A stretch of 63,733 nt of DNA, counting the filler, from Sphingomonadaceae bacterium (GTDB lineage Bacteria > Chloroflexota > UBA6077): NCBI GenBank assembly GCA_050261575.1. It is 8 parts of 8 records of this genome, joined end to end, with 100 filler letters (N's around TTAATTAATTAA, not from the genome) between each part and the next. Parts side by side here need not be neighbours in the genome. Positions count along the whole stretch, not along the records: positions 47,686 to 51,077 come from JBLNDL010000064.1; positions 51,178 to 56,673 come from JBLNDL010000068.1; positions 56,774 to 60,607 come from JBLNDL010000083.1; 5 more parts are not named here. The stretch is one strand, 5' to 3'. The translations under genes were made by a program, and so were the position numbers. The notes beneath the pieces are model-generated. The model was not told where the DNA came from. It saw only the letters and a program-made list of their open reading frames with translations, and did not search any database. The number at the start of each line of letters is the position of its first letter. Positions within the stretch are counted from its first letter, which is position 1. Below, piece after piece: positions 49,440 to 58,342 of this stretch.

Positions 49440-50096
49440 CTATCGACCGGGGGAGAGGGCCTCGAAGAAGGTGAGGGCCGCGTGGTACTCATCCGGGGTG
49501 TTCAGGTCGAGCAGCACCTCCGGAGTGTCGAAAGGGACCTCCACCGCATCTGAGACGTGCCGGGCCACGACCGCGCGCAGGCCCTGACCCTCCTCCGAGA
49601 GGGCCCACAATTCGGGCAGGAGGGAAGCCGAGAGCACCGGTGGGTGGCCCCGTCTCCCCTGGTAAACTGGCAGGGTGATGAGCGGTCTCCTCTCCACGTG
49701 TGTTGAGATGAGCCGCTGCAGGGTGGCCGCGTGACGGGGTTGGTCCACCCCCAGCAGCAGGATCGCGTCGACTCTCTCACGCAGGCCCCTCAACCCGGCG
49801 TGGATGGAGGTGGTCTTGCCTCGCGTGTGGAGCGGGTTGGATACCAGTGTCACCTCGGAGAAATGGCGCAGGGGAACGGCGACCCGCCTGGCCTCCGCCC
49901 CCAGGACGGCCACGATGGGCCAGGCGCCCGCCAGGATCAACTGTTCGGCCTGGAATGCGACGAGTGTGCGACCCATCCAGGGCATAAGCTGCTTGAGTTG
50001 GCCCATCCGGCTGGATCCGCCGGCCGCGAGGAGTAGGGCAGCTACTCTCGAGCTTCTCATCTTCTGGCTTCCCGGCTCTTTTGCCACTCCATCCAC
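49440..50096 (-). CDS. MocA/YgfJ-like nucleotidyltransferase (molybdenum cofactor cytidylyltransferase family)
   Basis: LLAAGGSSRMGQLKQL, LGVDQP, GRRGHP, DLNTPDEY. Start is either GTG 50096 (6 nt after TATAAT) or ATG 50060. Confidence 0.85.
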   Translation of the reverse strand: MDGVAKEPGSQKMRSSRVAALLLAAGGSSRMGQLKQLMPWMGRTLVAFQAEQLILAGAWPIVAVLGAEARRVAVPLRHFSEVTLVSNPLHTRGKTTSIHAGLRGLRERVDAILLLGVDQPRHAATLQRLISTHVERRPLITLPVYQGRRGHPPVLSASLLPELWALSEEGQGLRAVVARHVSDAVEVPFDTPEVLLDLNTPDEYHAALTFFEALSPGR

Positions 50097-50236
50097 TCGC
50101 AAATTATAATGGACCCTGCAACGCAGCCCGCGCCATCCCCATTCCGGCTGAGTTGCGATACCTCGGGAAGGACTGTGTGAACCGGAGGGGTTCTCCGGAG
50201 TGTGATCAACGCGATAGAACCGAGGAGGGTTGAGAA

Positions 50237-51016
50237 ATGCGGTTCAACACGACCAAGCGGCTCCTGAAGGAGGGCAAGCCCGCGATCGGAACCTGGCTGA
50301 ACTTCCCTTGCGTCAACTCTGCCGAGGCGATGGCCCACGCTGGTTGGGATTGGGTCACCGTCGACATGGAGCACGGGCCCATCGATTTCGAGATGCTGAA
50401 CAACATGTTCATGGCTATCGGCACAACCGACGCCATGCCGCTGTGCCGCATCCCGGACAACGATCCCATCTACATCAAGCGCATCCTGGACGCTGGCGCC
50501 TGGGGCATCGTGGTCCCGATGGTGTGCTCGGCAGAGGAGGCGGCCAACGCGGTCAAGTACGCCAAATACCCTCCCGAGGGGATTCGGAGCGCGGGCGGCG
50601 GGCGCTGGCGCTTCTGGGCAGGCGCAGACTACCCCAAGCACGCCAACGACGAGATCCTGGTGGTCGTGCAGATCGAGCACATCGATGCCGTGAAGAGGGC
50701 CGAGGAGATCCTCTCGGTGCCGGGGGTGGACGCCTGCTTCATCGGCCCCAACGACCTGGCCTGGTCGATGGGGCTGGGCAAGGGGCTGGGCGAGAAGGAC
50801 CCCAGCCACGCGGAGGCCGTGGCCGAGGTGCTCCGAGCGGCCAAGAAGGTGGGTACGCCTGCTGGCATCCACTGCCGAAGCGTGGAGGAAGTCCCGATGA
50901 GGGTCGAGCAGGGCTTCCAGTTCCTGGCCTGCATGAATGACGTGAACTTCATGTTCAACTCCGCCTCGGCGGGGGTGAAGCAGATCCGCGAGCGGATAAG
51001 CCAGATCAAGAAGTAG
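50237..51016 (+). CDS. HpcH/HpaI family aldolase
   Basis: VDMEHG, KRILDAGA..VPMV, KYPPEGIRS, VQIEH, FIGPNDL. Confidence 0.92.
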   Translation: MRFNTTKRLLKEGKPAIGTWLNFPCVNSAEAMAHAGWDWVTVDMEHGPIDFEMLNNMFMAIGTTDAMPLCRIPDNDPIYIKRILDAGAWGIVVPMVCSAEEAANAVKYAKYPPEGIRSAGGGRWRFWAGADYPKHANDEILVVVQIEHIDAVKRAEEILSVPGVDACFIGPNDLAWSMGLGKGLGEKDPSHAEAVAEVLRAAKKVGTPAGIHCRSVEEVPMRVEQGFQFLACMNDVNFMFNSASAGVKQIRERISQIKK

Positions 51017-51077
51017 CAGCACGGGGCGGGGGACCGCTCCGACGGCTGTCGAGAAGCGCGCGCCCATCCCGCAAGAT

Positions 51078-51177
51078 NNNNNNNNNNNNNNNNNNNNNNN
51101 NNNNNNNNNNNNNNNNNNNNNTTAATTAATTAANNNNNNNNNNNNNNNNNNNNNNNNNNNNNNNNNNNNNNNNNNNN
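51078..51177. other. Artificial contig linker
   Basis: N44-TTAATTAATTAA-N44. Confidence 0.98.
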
Positions 51178-51414
51178 ACCTCCCGAGGCCCACAGTCTAC
51201 CCGGAAGATGGCCACTTGTCCTCTCCCGCCACCCAGGCCCATCCCTTCCCATTCACCCATCAGGTGATGCCCCAAGCGTCAATCCACGGATTGGGGTCCC
51301 TCCTGCAGGGCTTGCTCGAAGTCGCCCAGACCGTCATGGTGCCATTACCCAGACGTCCGGACAGGTGATATCATGGGAGGACGAGAACGCACATCCGCAG
51401 GGAAGGGAGCCCAC

Positions 51415-51687
51415 GTGAAGGGATTCATCTACGCCCTCATCGTCCTGTCGGTGCCACTGCTGGGACTGGCCTACTGGCTCTGGCGACCCAGATTGCAGGT
51501 CATGAGGAGCCGGATGCGGCTGGCAATGAAGGCGACGGCGGTCGTCTACCTGGCCATCATCGTCGCCCGAATGGCCACATCGGACGTCAGCCAGGAGCAA
51601 CTCCAGGTGATCGGCCTCTCCGCGGCCTTCTTCGTGGGGTTGTGGGTAGTGGCGTGGCTGGTGACCCGGTCGCTGGCCAAGCGATAG
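51415..51687 (+). CDS. Small three-TM membrane protein
   Basis: AAGGGAG RBS before the GTG; three hydrophobic helices. Confidence 0.65.
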   Translation: MKGFIYALIVLSVPLLGLAYWLWRPRLQVMRSRMRLAMKATAVVYLAIIVARMATSDVSQEQLQVIGLSAAFFVGLWVVAWLVTRSLAKR

Positions 51688-51755
51688 GCAAGCCGTCCAT
51701 AGACCATTTGGCTTTTCCGCACCGGCAAGCCTCGACCCCAGCCGGTGAAAGCTGC

Positions 51756-52298
51756 CTAGGCCCAGCCGAACCTCTCCAAAGCCGGCCGCGCACGCTCCTC
51801 CGCCCCCATCAACCGAAGCCGGTGGAGCAGGTACTCCCTATCGATGTGCGTCCCGGCCGCCAGAGCCGCGATATCCTCCAGGTCGTGCTTCCCTTGCTCC
51901 GGCCCCCGCTGCAGCACTGCCTTCAGGGCTATCACGTCCTCGGGGGCAAGCACCGGCACTTCCACCCCCTCGAAAGGGGTGAAGCGAAGGCGGTCTATCA
52001 TCTCGCCGTCCAGCTCGTAGCGGTAGCTCCGCCCGTCCATCCTGACGATCAGGCTCCCGACGACCTCCACCGGGTCCACCTCGACCTTGGACACCTCGCC
52101 CCAGTGCGACTGCCCCCTCTTTGGCGCCGCCCCGAGAAGCCGGCCAACGTCGGGCAGATCCTTGGGCATCACGAGCAAATCCAGGTCGGTGGGCGGGCGG
52201 TTGCCGACGTAGAGGTAGACGGCCGCGCCGGCCGCCACCGCCCACTGTATGCCCGCCCCGTCCAGCAACTCCTTGATCCGTGCCACTCCGAAAGTCAA
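51756..52298 (-). CDS. Pol-beta-superfamily nucleotidyltransferase-like protein
   Basis: WAVAAGAAV..R.PTDLDLLV, VPVLAPEDVIALK..R..KHDLEDI; GGAGGA RBS before TTG 52298. Confidence 0.72.
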   Translation of the reverse strand: MTFGVARIKELLDGAGIQWAVAAGAAVYLYVGNRPPTDLDLLVMPKDLPDVGRLLGAAPKRGQSHWGEVSKVEVDPVEVVGSLIVRMDGRSYRYELDGEMIDRLRFTPFEGVEVPVLAPEDVIALKAVLQRGPEQGKHDLEDIAALAAGTHIDREYLLHRLRLMGAEERARPALERFGWA

Positions 52299-52746
52299 CG
52301 CTCTCTGTCCTCCACCGATTTGGCGCACCCAACGCGACCTGCGCGTCCGCCCCTACCAGTATTGTCAGGGTCTTCAAGTGCGTCGATTCGAAAGTGCGAC
52401 GCTGCGGGACGGTCGTGGCCGGGAGGCTGTGCTCGCTCGCCTCGCGGGCACGACCGCGCCATGGCTGCGCCCCACCGCCCTATCCGTCGGGCGCGCCTGG
52501 CGGGGGATATCCCCTGCGCCATCGAATCGCGCGGTGTTCCGCCCCTGGCGCTTCGAAACTGTACAGCATCCGGGGCGTTTTCGGAATGGCACGGCGGCGG
52601 CCAGGACACCCTCGAATGTTGACACGCCCAGAACGCGCCCCTATCATCGGTTCCGGCCGGGAGGAGCGCTATCGCCGCACCTTCCGCCTCCTTCGAGCCC
52701 CGTCGGGGCCCTTCCGCTGAGTGCCGCTGCATGGAGGTATCGGGCA

Positions 52747-54390
52747 ATGAGCGCATCCTGGGTCTTGGGCACTGGTAGGCACACGGGTCGCCCAATGGTG
52801 ATGGGCACCAGAGGGATGGTATCCTCGGGACATCCCCTCGCGTCGCAGGTCGCGCTTCGGGTGCTGATGGAGGGCGGCAACGTGGTGGACGCTGCCGTGG
52901 CCGCCTCGGCCACCCTGGCCGTGGTTCGACCTCACATGACCGGCATCGGCGGGGACCTCTTCTGCCTGATCTACCTTGCCCGAGAGGGCCGTGTGGTGGC
53001 TATCAACTCCAGCGGCCCCGCGCCCGCGGCCGCCACCCTCGACTTCTTCCGAAGTCGAAGGCTGCAGCAGATCCCTATGCAGGGTCCCCTGGCGGTGGAG
53101 ACCCCCGGGTGCGTCGCCGGCTGGGATCTGGCGCTGAGGGAGTTCGGCACCATGCCGCTCGACCGCCTCCTGCAACCGGCGGTCGACTACGCCGAGGGCG
53201 GCTTCCCGGTCTCGCCCAACCTGGCCCAGGCCATCGTCGAAGGCGCCCAGCAGTTCACCTCTCTCCCCCACTGGATGGATACCTTCCTGCCCCGAGGGCG
53301 GCCTCCCCGCACGGGAGAGATACTGAAGCTGCCCAAGCTCGCCCGCACCCTCAGAATCCTCCAGGAGGGAGGTGCGGATGCCTTCTACCGCGGGGAGATC
53401 GCCGAAGCCCTTGCCGCCTTCGTGCAGCAGGCTGGTGGCCTCCTTTCCAGGGACGATCTGGCCGGGTGCAAGGCCGAGCTGCTGGAGCCGATCCATACCG
53501 ACTACCGAGGATACACCGTCTACGAGCAGCCCCCCGTGTCCCAGGGCCACCTGCTGCTGCAGGAGCTGAACATCGCCGAGGGCTTCGACCTGGCAACCCT
53601 GGGGCCGGAGTCTGCCGAAGCGGTCCACCTGATGGTGGAGGCCAAGAAGCTGGCCTTCGCGGACAGGCTGCGCTACCTTGGCGACCCCTCCTTCCTGAGG
53701 ATGCCCATGGACCAGCTACTCTCGAAGGAGTACGCCTCCCGCCGACGGAAGAAGGTGGACCCGAACCACGCCATCGTAGCGGCCGCGCCGGGCGCCCTGG
53801 CCGCCGCCGGCACCGACACCACCTACCACTGCGTCATCGACGCCGAGGGCAACGCCGTCTCCATGATCCAGAGCCTGTTCAGGAGCTTCGGCTCCGGCGT
53901 CGTGGCTGGCGACACCGGCATCACCTTGAACAACCGGCTGGCGGCCTTCTTCCTTGATCCAACCCACCCCAACGCCCTCGCCCCCGGCAAGCGAACCGCC
54001 CACACCCTCAACACCTATATGGTGTTCCGGGAAGGCCGGCCATTCCTGGTGGGAGGCACCCCCGGTGCCGACGACCAGGTGCAGGTGAACTTCCAGGTGA
54101 TCTGCAACCTGATCGACCACGGCATGAGCCTCCAAGAGGCCATCGAGGCCCCCAGGTGGTCCAGCACCCCCGGCACCATGCCCGACGAGAGGACGGCACC
54201 GTACGAGTTGCGGGTGGAGAGCCGGTTCCCCGCCCATGTCATCGAGGGGCTGAGACAGAGAGGTCACAACGTGATACCGGCTCCCCCCTGGAGCTTCGGC
54301 AGCGTGAAGGCAGCCCTGCTGGACCCGGAGAGCGGGGTGCTGTACGGAGGCTCCGATCCGCGGCGCGACGGCTACGCCGTCGGCTGGTAG
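52747..54390 (+). CDS. ggt: Gamma-glutamyltransferase
   Basis: GGNVVDAAVA, GIGGD, KKLAFADR..GDP, autocleavage site DT|TY, PGKRTAHTL, GTPG, DPRRDG. Confidence 0.93.
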   Translation: MSASWVLGTGRHTGRPMVMGTRGMVSSGHPLASQVALRVLMEGGNVVDAAVAASATLAVVRPHMTGIGGDLFCLIYLAREGRVVAINSSGPAPAAATLDFFRSRRLQQIPMQGPLAVETPGCVAGWDLALREFGTMPLDRLLQPAVDYAEGGFPVSPNLAQAIVEGAQQFTSLPHWMDTFLPRGRPPRTGEILKLPKLARTLRILQEGGADAFYRGEIAEALAAFVQQAGGLLSRDDLAGCKAELLEPIHTDYRGYTVYEQPPVSQGHLLLQELNIAEGFDLATLGPESAEAVHLMVEAKKLAFADRLRYLGDPSFLRMPMDQLLSKEYASRRRKKVDPNHAIVAAAPGALAAAGTDTTYHCVIDAEGNAVSMIQSLFRSFGSGVVAGDTGITLNNRLAAFFLDPTHPNALAPGKRTAHTLNTYMVFREGRPFLVGGTPGADDQVQVNFQVICNLIDHGMSLQEAIEAPRWSSTPGTMPDERTAPYELRVESRFPAHVIEGLRQRGHNVIPAPPWSFGSVKAALLDPESGVLYGGSDPRRDGYAVGW

Positions 54391-54405
54391 GTCGGCGAAG
54401 AAGGC

Positions 54406-54438
54406 AAAGAAAAGGGCCCCGACGATCGTCGGGGCCCT
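54406..54438 (-). terminator. Intrinsic terminator oriented for a minus-strand transcript
   Basis: AGGGCCCCGACG-AT-CGTCGGGGCCCT followed by TTTCTTT on the minus strand; no U-tract on the plus strand. Confidence 0.8.
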
Positions 54439-54697
54439 CGTCATTCCATCGAGACTCAGTCCGCACCCGTAACGGTCTCACACGACCTGTCCTAGCCAGC
54501 CCTTCGGCGCCATGCGCCGTCTGTGGCCCGGTCTCAAGAAGTCGGGATGCGGCCGAGCTCCAACTTGCCCTGCGCACCCTGCCTGCGCAGGGCGTCACCT
54601 GTCAATCTGCCAGACTCCGAAGCGGATTCTCGCGCACACCGTTCGATACCTCCTGTTCGGTGGTCTCCGGTGTTTGCCAATCCCTAGCGCTAGGACA
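54406..54697 (-). ncRNA. Putative ~290-nt structured RNA, family unassigned (6S/Ms1-like possible)
   Basis: Bounded by a consensus promoter and a terminator; no long ORF begins inside it; 5' TGTCCTAGC is complementary to GCTAGGACA ~200 nt downstream; several internal hairpins. Confidence 0.6.
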
Positions 54698-54702
54698 CCG
54701 CC

Positions 54703-54732
54703 AGTATACGCACGCCTTACGCGATTTGTCAA
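54703..54732 (-). promoter_or_regulatory. Strong sigma-70-type promoter
   Basis: TTGACA-N18-TATACT. Confidence 0.75.
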
Positions 54733-54827
54733 TACCTAGACCGGGTTTTATCTGCGCTCTCATTCCATCTGCGCGCGGCTCGTTCTCCACGGCCGCGACA
54801 CGATCCATCGGCCCCGCCCACATCCCC

Positions 54828-54842
54828 TGGCATGCAAACTGC
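54828..54842 (+). promoter_or_regulatory. Putative sigma-54 promoter
   Basis: TGGCATGCAAACTGC, ~80 nt upstream of 54923. Confidence 0.5.
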
Positions 54843-54922
54843 ATTATGTCACCTCGCGAGCCGGCAGGTGTTCGCTGCCCCCTCGGGCTACCGGCTTTGG
54901 TACTGGCAAAGGACGGCAAGAA

Positions 54923-55141
54923 TTGGCTCAAGATAGCTCTGCACTGTCCACCCTGAGGCGGAAACGCCGAAAGCACCCGAGCCTCCTCCGCACCCCGTCG
55001 GGGGTCGAGGAGATCGTCCCGGGCCTGAGCAGTTGGACCGCCGAAGACCTGCTGGAAGCTGGCGCCTGGGACGAGGAGCTGGCACAGCTCACCGACCAGA
55101 CGGGCGACGAGGAGTACCTGGAGCCTGATCCCGACGAGTAG
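54923..55141 (+). CDS. Small protein with a basic N-terminus and acidic C-terminus
   Basis: AAGGA RBS, TTG start, GC3-biased codons; RRKRRKH patch and DEEYLEPDPDE tail. Confidence 0.55.
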   Translation: MAQDSSALSTLRRKRRKHPSLLRTPSGVEEIVPGLSSWTAEDLLEAGAWDEELAQLTDQTGDEEYLEPDPDE

Positions 55142-55191
55142 GAGAAGGCAGGTCCTTCCGACCTCGCCTCCGGCCATGCTAAAATGGCCGC

Positions 55192-55620
55192 GTGATAACC
55201 TACTCTCGGCAACAAATGGAGAAGAGCCTCATCGCCGACCAGGCGCTCTGGCGTCGAGTCCCGGCGTCCGCCGCCGCCGTCCTGTGGCCCCTGGAAGTCC
55301 TCCTCCTCGGTTGGTCCACCGGCTGGTGGGTGGGATTGTTGACAGTGGCCCTGCTCGGCTCCGCCTCCGCGGTCGTGCCGCCCCGCCTCAAGATCGGCAT
55401 CTACTGGATCGACCTGCTGGAGATGGTGGTGCGGCTGCCGCTGGACTTGCTCTGGTTGCTGCTCGTGGGCCACCTGTGGCTGCGAGAGCCCCTCTTCCCC
55501 CTCCTCGGACAGCCCTTGGCAGGGGCCATCGCCATCACACTCCTGCTGTGGCTGCTCACGAGGCTGGTGGCCGTGGGAATCCGCTTGGCCTGCAGCCGGC
55601 TGACGAGGGGCAACCGATGA
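55192..55620 (+). CDS. Membrane protein of unknown function
   Basis: Hydrophobic 142 aa; extended -10 TGCTAAAAT 6 nt before the GTG; ATGA overlap with the HAD gene. Confidence 0.65.
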   Translation: MITYSRQQMEKSLIADQALWRRVPASAAAVLWPLEVLLLGWSTGWWVGLLTVALLGSASAVVPPRLKIGIYWIDLLEMVVRLPLDLLWLLLVGHLWLREPLFPLLGQPLAGAIAITLLLWLLTRLVAVGIRLACSRLTRGNR

Positions 55621-56318
55621 CACGTCGCCACGAGGCGGTCTTCTTCGACGCACAGGGGACCCTCCTCCAGGCCCACCCCTCGGTGGTCGACCTCTACTGG
55701 AACGCCTGCCGTCTCTGCAACCACGACGTGGACCCCGCGGCGATCGGCGCCGCCCTCAAGGAGCTGTGGAGCGAGCAGAAGCGCGACGCCGAGGGGCAAG
55801 CGGTGTGCGATACCTCCGACGAGGTCACCAGGCAGTGGTGGGACAACTTCAACACCCGCCTCTTCCATCGATTGGGGATGCGGAGGGGACGGCAGCTTTT
55901 CGTCTCGGCGTTGTGGGACATCTTCGGCCGCCCGGAGAACTGGCGGACCTTTCCGGAGGTGGACGAGGTGCTGGCCGAGCTGCAGCGGCGCGGCTACCGT
56001 CTCGGGGTGGTGTCGAACTGGGATTCCCGACTGCTGCCCATCTGCGACCACCTGAGGATAACCGACCGGGTGGAGTTCGTGATCGCCTCCGCCTCGGTCG
56101 GGGTGGAGAAACCCGACCCGCGCATCTTCCAGATTGCGCTCTCCAGGGCCAGAGTCTCTCCGGACCGGGCGATCCACGTCGGGGACGACTTCGAGGCCGA
56201 CTTCGTGGGGGCACGGAGAGCGGGCATCGAGGCGGTGCTCCTCGATCGGGACGGTAGCCATCCTCCAGAGCGGGGTGGCATCGCTTCCTTGCGAGAACTG
56301 CTAGACATGCTGCAGTAA
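55617..56318 (+). CDS. HAD-IA family hydrolase (REG-2-like)
   Basis: FFDAQGTL, VVSNWD, EKPDPRIF, HVGDDFEADFVGA. Confidence 0.9.
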   Translation: MTRRHEAVFFDAQGTLLQAHPSVVDLYWNACRLCNHDVDPAAIGAALKELWSEQKRDAEGQAVCDTSDEVTRQWWDNFNTRLFHRLGMRRGRQLFVSALWDIFGRPENWRTFPEVDEVLAELQRRGYRLGVVSNWDSRLLPICDHLRITDRVEFVIASASVGVEKPDPRIFQIALSRARVSPDRAIHVGDDFEADFVGARRAGIEAVLLDRDGSHPPERGGIASLRELLDMLQ

Positions 56319-56673
56319 TCTGCTCGGGGTGGCTGTCTCCCCCATCCTGGGACTCTACCTGGCCCAGGGGACCTTCCAGGGCTGCGCCATCGCCCTCGGC
56401 CTCTCCATCGCCTTCGGCGCCTTCCCGGCAGGGCTGACACTGGATGACGGTGCGCGACGCCCGCGCCACGAGCCTTTCGATCCCGATCGTCCCAGAGTAC
56501 ACAACGAAAGGGCATGGCTTTGGCATAATCTCGATCGTCCCGCTCACCTCGACTCTCACGGTATCGCCTCGGGGTTGGCTGTGGGTAGAAGGAGGGAACA
56601 GCTTCCTTATGCGGACCCGATTCTGGATGGGAAGCGTGAGCCTAGCGCATCGGTGAAGGGTAGATGAACGGGT

Positions 56674-56773
56674 NNNNNNNNNNNNNNNNNNNNNNNNNNN
56701 NNNNNNNNNNNNNNNNNTTAATTAATTAANNNNNNNNNNNNNNNNNNNNNNNNNNNNNNNNNNNNNNNNNNNN
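56674..56773. other. Artificial contig linker
   Basis: N44-TTAATTAATTAA-N44. Confidence 0.98.
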
Positions 56774-56909
56774 TCGCCCCGCACTTGCCGAACTGGCCTT
56801 TCATCACCATGGCGACCGTGGCGCCGCGCTGGCGCGCCTCCAGGGCCGCTCTGGCCGCCGCGCCGCCTCCTCCGATCACCAGCACGTCCGCATCTATCAC
56901 CTTCACCAT
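56774..56909 (-). CDS. FAD-binding protein (SdhA/FrdA/NadB/AprA family), 5' end only
   Basis: DADVLVIGGGGAAARAALEA...KGQFGKCGA; cut by contig end. Confidence 0.75.
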
Positions 56910-56958
56910 ACGGCTCAACTCCAATCATCGAAGTGCGGATCTTTGGTCCCCTGGGGAA

Positions 56959-57031
56959 GTCCAGGAGAGGCGTCAGCCCCTTCTGGTGGGGTCTGCGGCG
57001 TGACGCGAGCGAGCGCAGCGTCGCGCCCCAG
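56959..57031. repeat. Intergenic palindromic repeat, copy 2
   Basis: CCAGGAGAGG..CCCCTTCTGG-TGGGGTCTG shell plus ACGCGAGCGAGCGCAGCGT (57003-57021). Confidence 0.6.
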
Positions 57032-57058
57032 AATCGTCAAAGACTTCTTGATACCTTC

Positions 57059-58255
57059 CTAGATGGCCCCAGCGGCCCGCATCCCCTGGATCTCCTCCGC
57101 CGAGTAGCCCAGCCCCGCCAGGATCTCCTCGGTGTGCTCGCCCACCCCGGGGGGAACGCGGCGCAATTCGGGTTCTCCGGCGCTGTACTTCACCGGGTGC
57201 CTCAGAAGACGCACCTGCCCCGCCTGGGGGTGGTCCACCTCCAGAACGGGCTCCAGGAAGCGCACCGTCGGGTCCGCCATAGCCTGCTCGTAGTCGTTCA
57301 CTCGAGCGCACCAGATACCGTGAGATTGCAGCAGCCGGATGGCCTCCTGGGTGGTCAAGCGCCTCAAGAGGGGATCCAACGCCTTCCGGATCTCGTTCTT
57401 CTTCTCCACCGCCAACTTGGGGTCTTCGTAGGGCGCCAACTCTGGAGGGTCACCCAGGGCCTGCCGAATGGCCTTGATGGGCGAGAGGGAAAGGACGATG
57501 TAGCCGTCCCCGGTCTCATAGACCCCGTAGGGGGCGGGGTGATAGGACGAGGCGAGCGGCTCGCGAGGGCGCTCGATGGTCGACCCGTTGAGGAAGTACA
57601 CCAGCGGTTCCATCTGAAGGTCGAGGGCGCCTCGCACCATGGCAATCTCGACCTTCTGCCCCTCGCCGGTCCGCTCCCGGTGGAGCAGGGCGGCGAGGAT
57701 CCCCATGGCCAGCAACGCCGCGCTGTGCTGGTCCACGATAGCGGCCCCCGGTGCCACCGGAAGCTCTCCCGCCCGGCCGGTGATGGCGATCAGCCCCGAG
57801 AGGGCCTGGATCAGCAGATCCTGGCCGGGCAGGTCTCGGAAGGGGCTGTCCTCACCGTAGCCCGAAGCCGAGGCGTAGATGATCCTGGGGTTGAGCTTCT
57901 TTACCTCGTCGTAGCCCAGCCCCATCCTCTCCATGACGCCCGGCCGGAAGTTCTGCACCAGCACGTCGGCCTCGGTGATCAACCGACGGGCGGCGTCCTG
58001 GCCCTTTGGATGCTTCAGGTTCAGCGTGAGGCTGCGGGCGTTGCGGTGGGAGGAGAGGAAGAAGACGCTGACGCCGTTGACGAAGGCGTTCGGCCCCGAC
58101 CAGCCTCGCTCCCAGGCGCCGGCGCCTGGCGGCTCGATCTTGATGACATCCGCGCCCAGGTCGGCCAGGTACTGCACGGCGGCCGGCCCCAGCAGAAACT
58201 GCGTAAAGCTCAGGATCTTGACGCCAGAGAGGATCGCAAGCGAAGAGTTGGCCAT
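57059..58255 (-). CDS. Family III CoA-transferase (CaiB/BaiF)
   Basis: GPAAVQYLADLGADVIKIEPP, HRNARS, NFRPG, ASGYG..PGQDLLIQA, PPGVGEHT. Confidence 0.92.
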   Translation of the reverse strand: MANSSLAILSGVKILSFTQFLLGPAAVQYLADLGADVIKIEPPGAGAWERGWSGPNAFVNGVSVFFLSSHRNARSLTLNLKHPKGQDAARRLITEADVLVQNFRPGVMERMGLGYDEVKKLNPRIIYASASGYGEDSPFRDLPGQDLLIQALSGLIAITGRAGELPVAPGAAIVDQHSAALLAMGILAALLHRERTGEGQKVEIAMVRGALDLQMEPLVYFLNGSTIERPREPLASSYHPAPYGVYETGDGYIVLSLSPIKAIRQALGDPPELAPYEDPKLAVEKKNEIRKALDPLLRRLTTQEAIRLLQSHGIWCARVNDYEQAMADPTVRFLEPVLEVDHPQAGQVRLLRHPVKYSAGEPELRRVPPGVGEHTEEILAGLGYSAEEIQGMRAAGAI

Positions 58256-58342
58256 GCACAAAACCTCCACGCCTTTATTGGCAGGGGTGGTGGCGATTGC
58301 GCCGGCAGCGCCAGCACCCACCCAGCGATAGCACCGTCAACG

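Noticed and set aside
56319..56673. Protein-like minus-strand frame entering from the contig end
   Set aside because: No recognisable motif, and the frame runs ~470 nt antisense into the HAD gene; it cannot be supported as a CDS.
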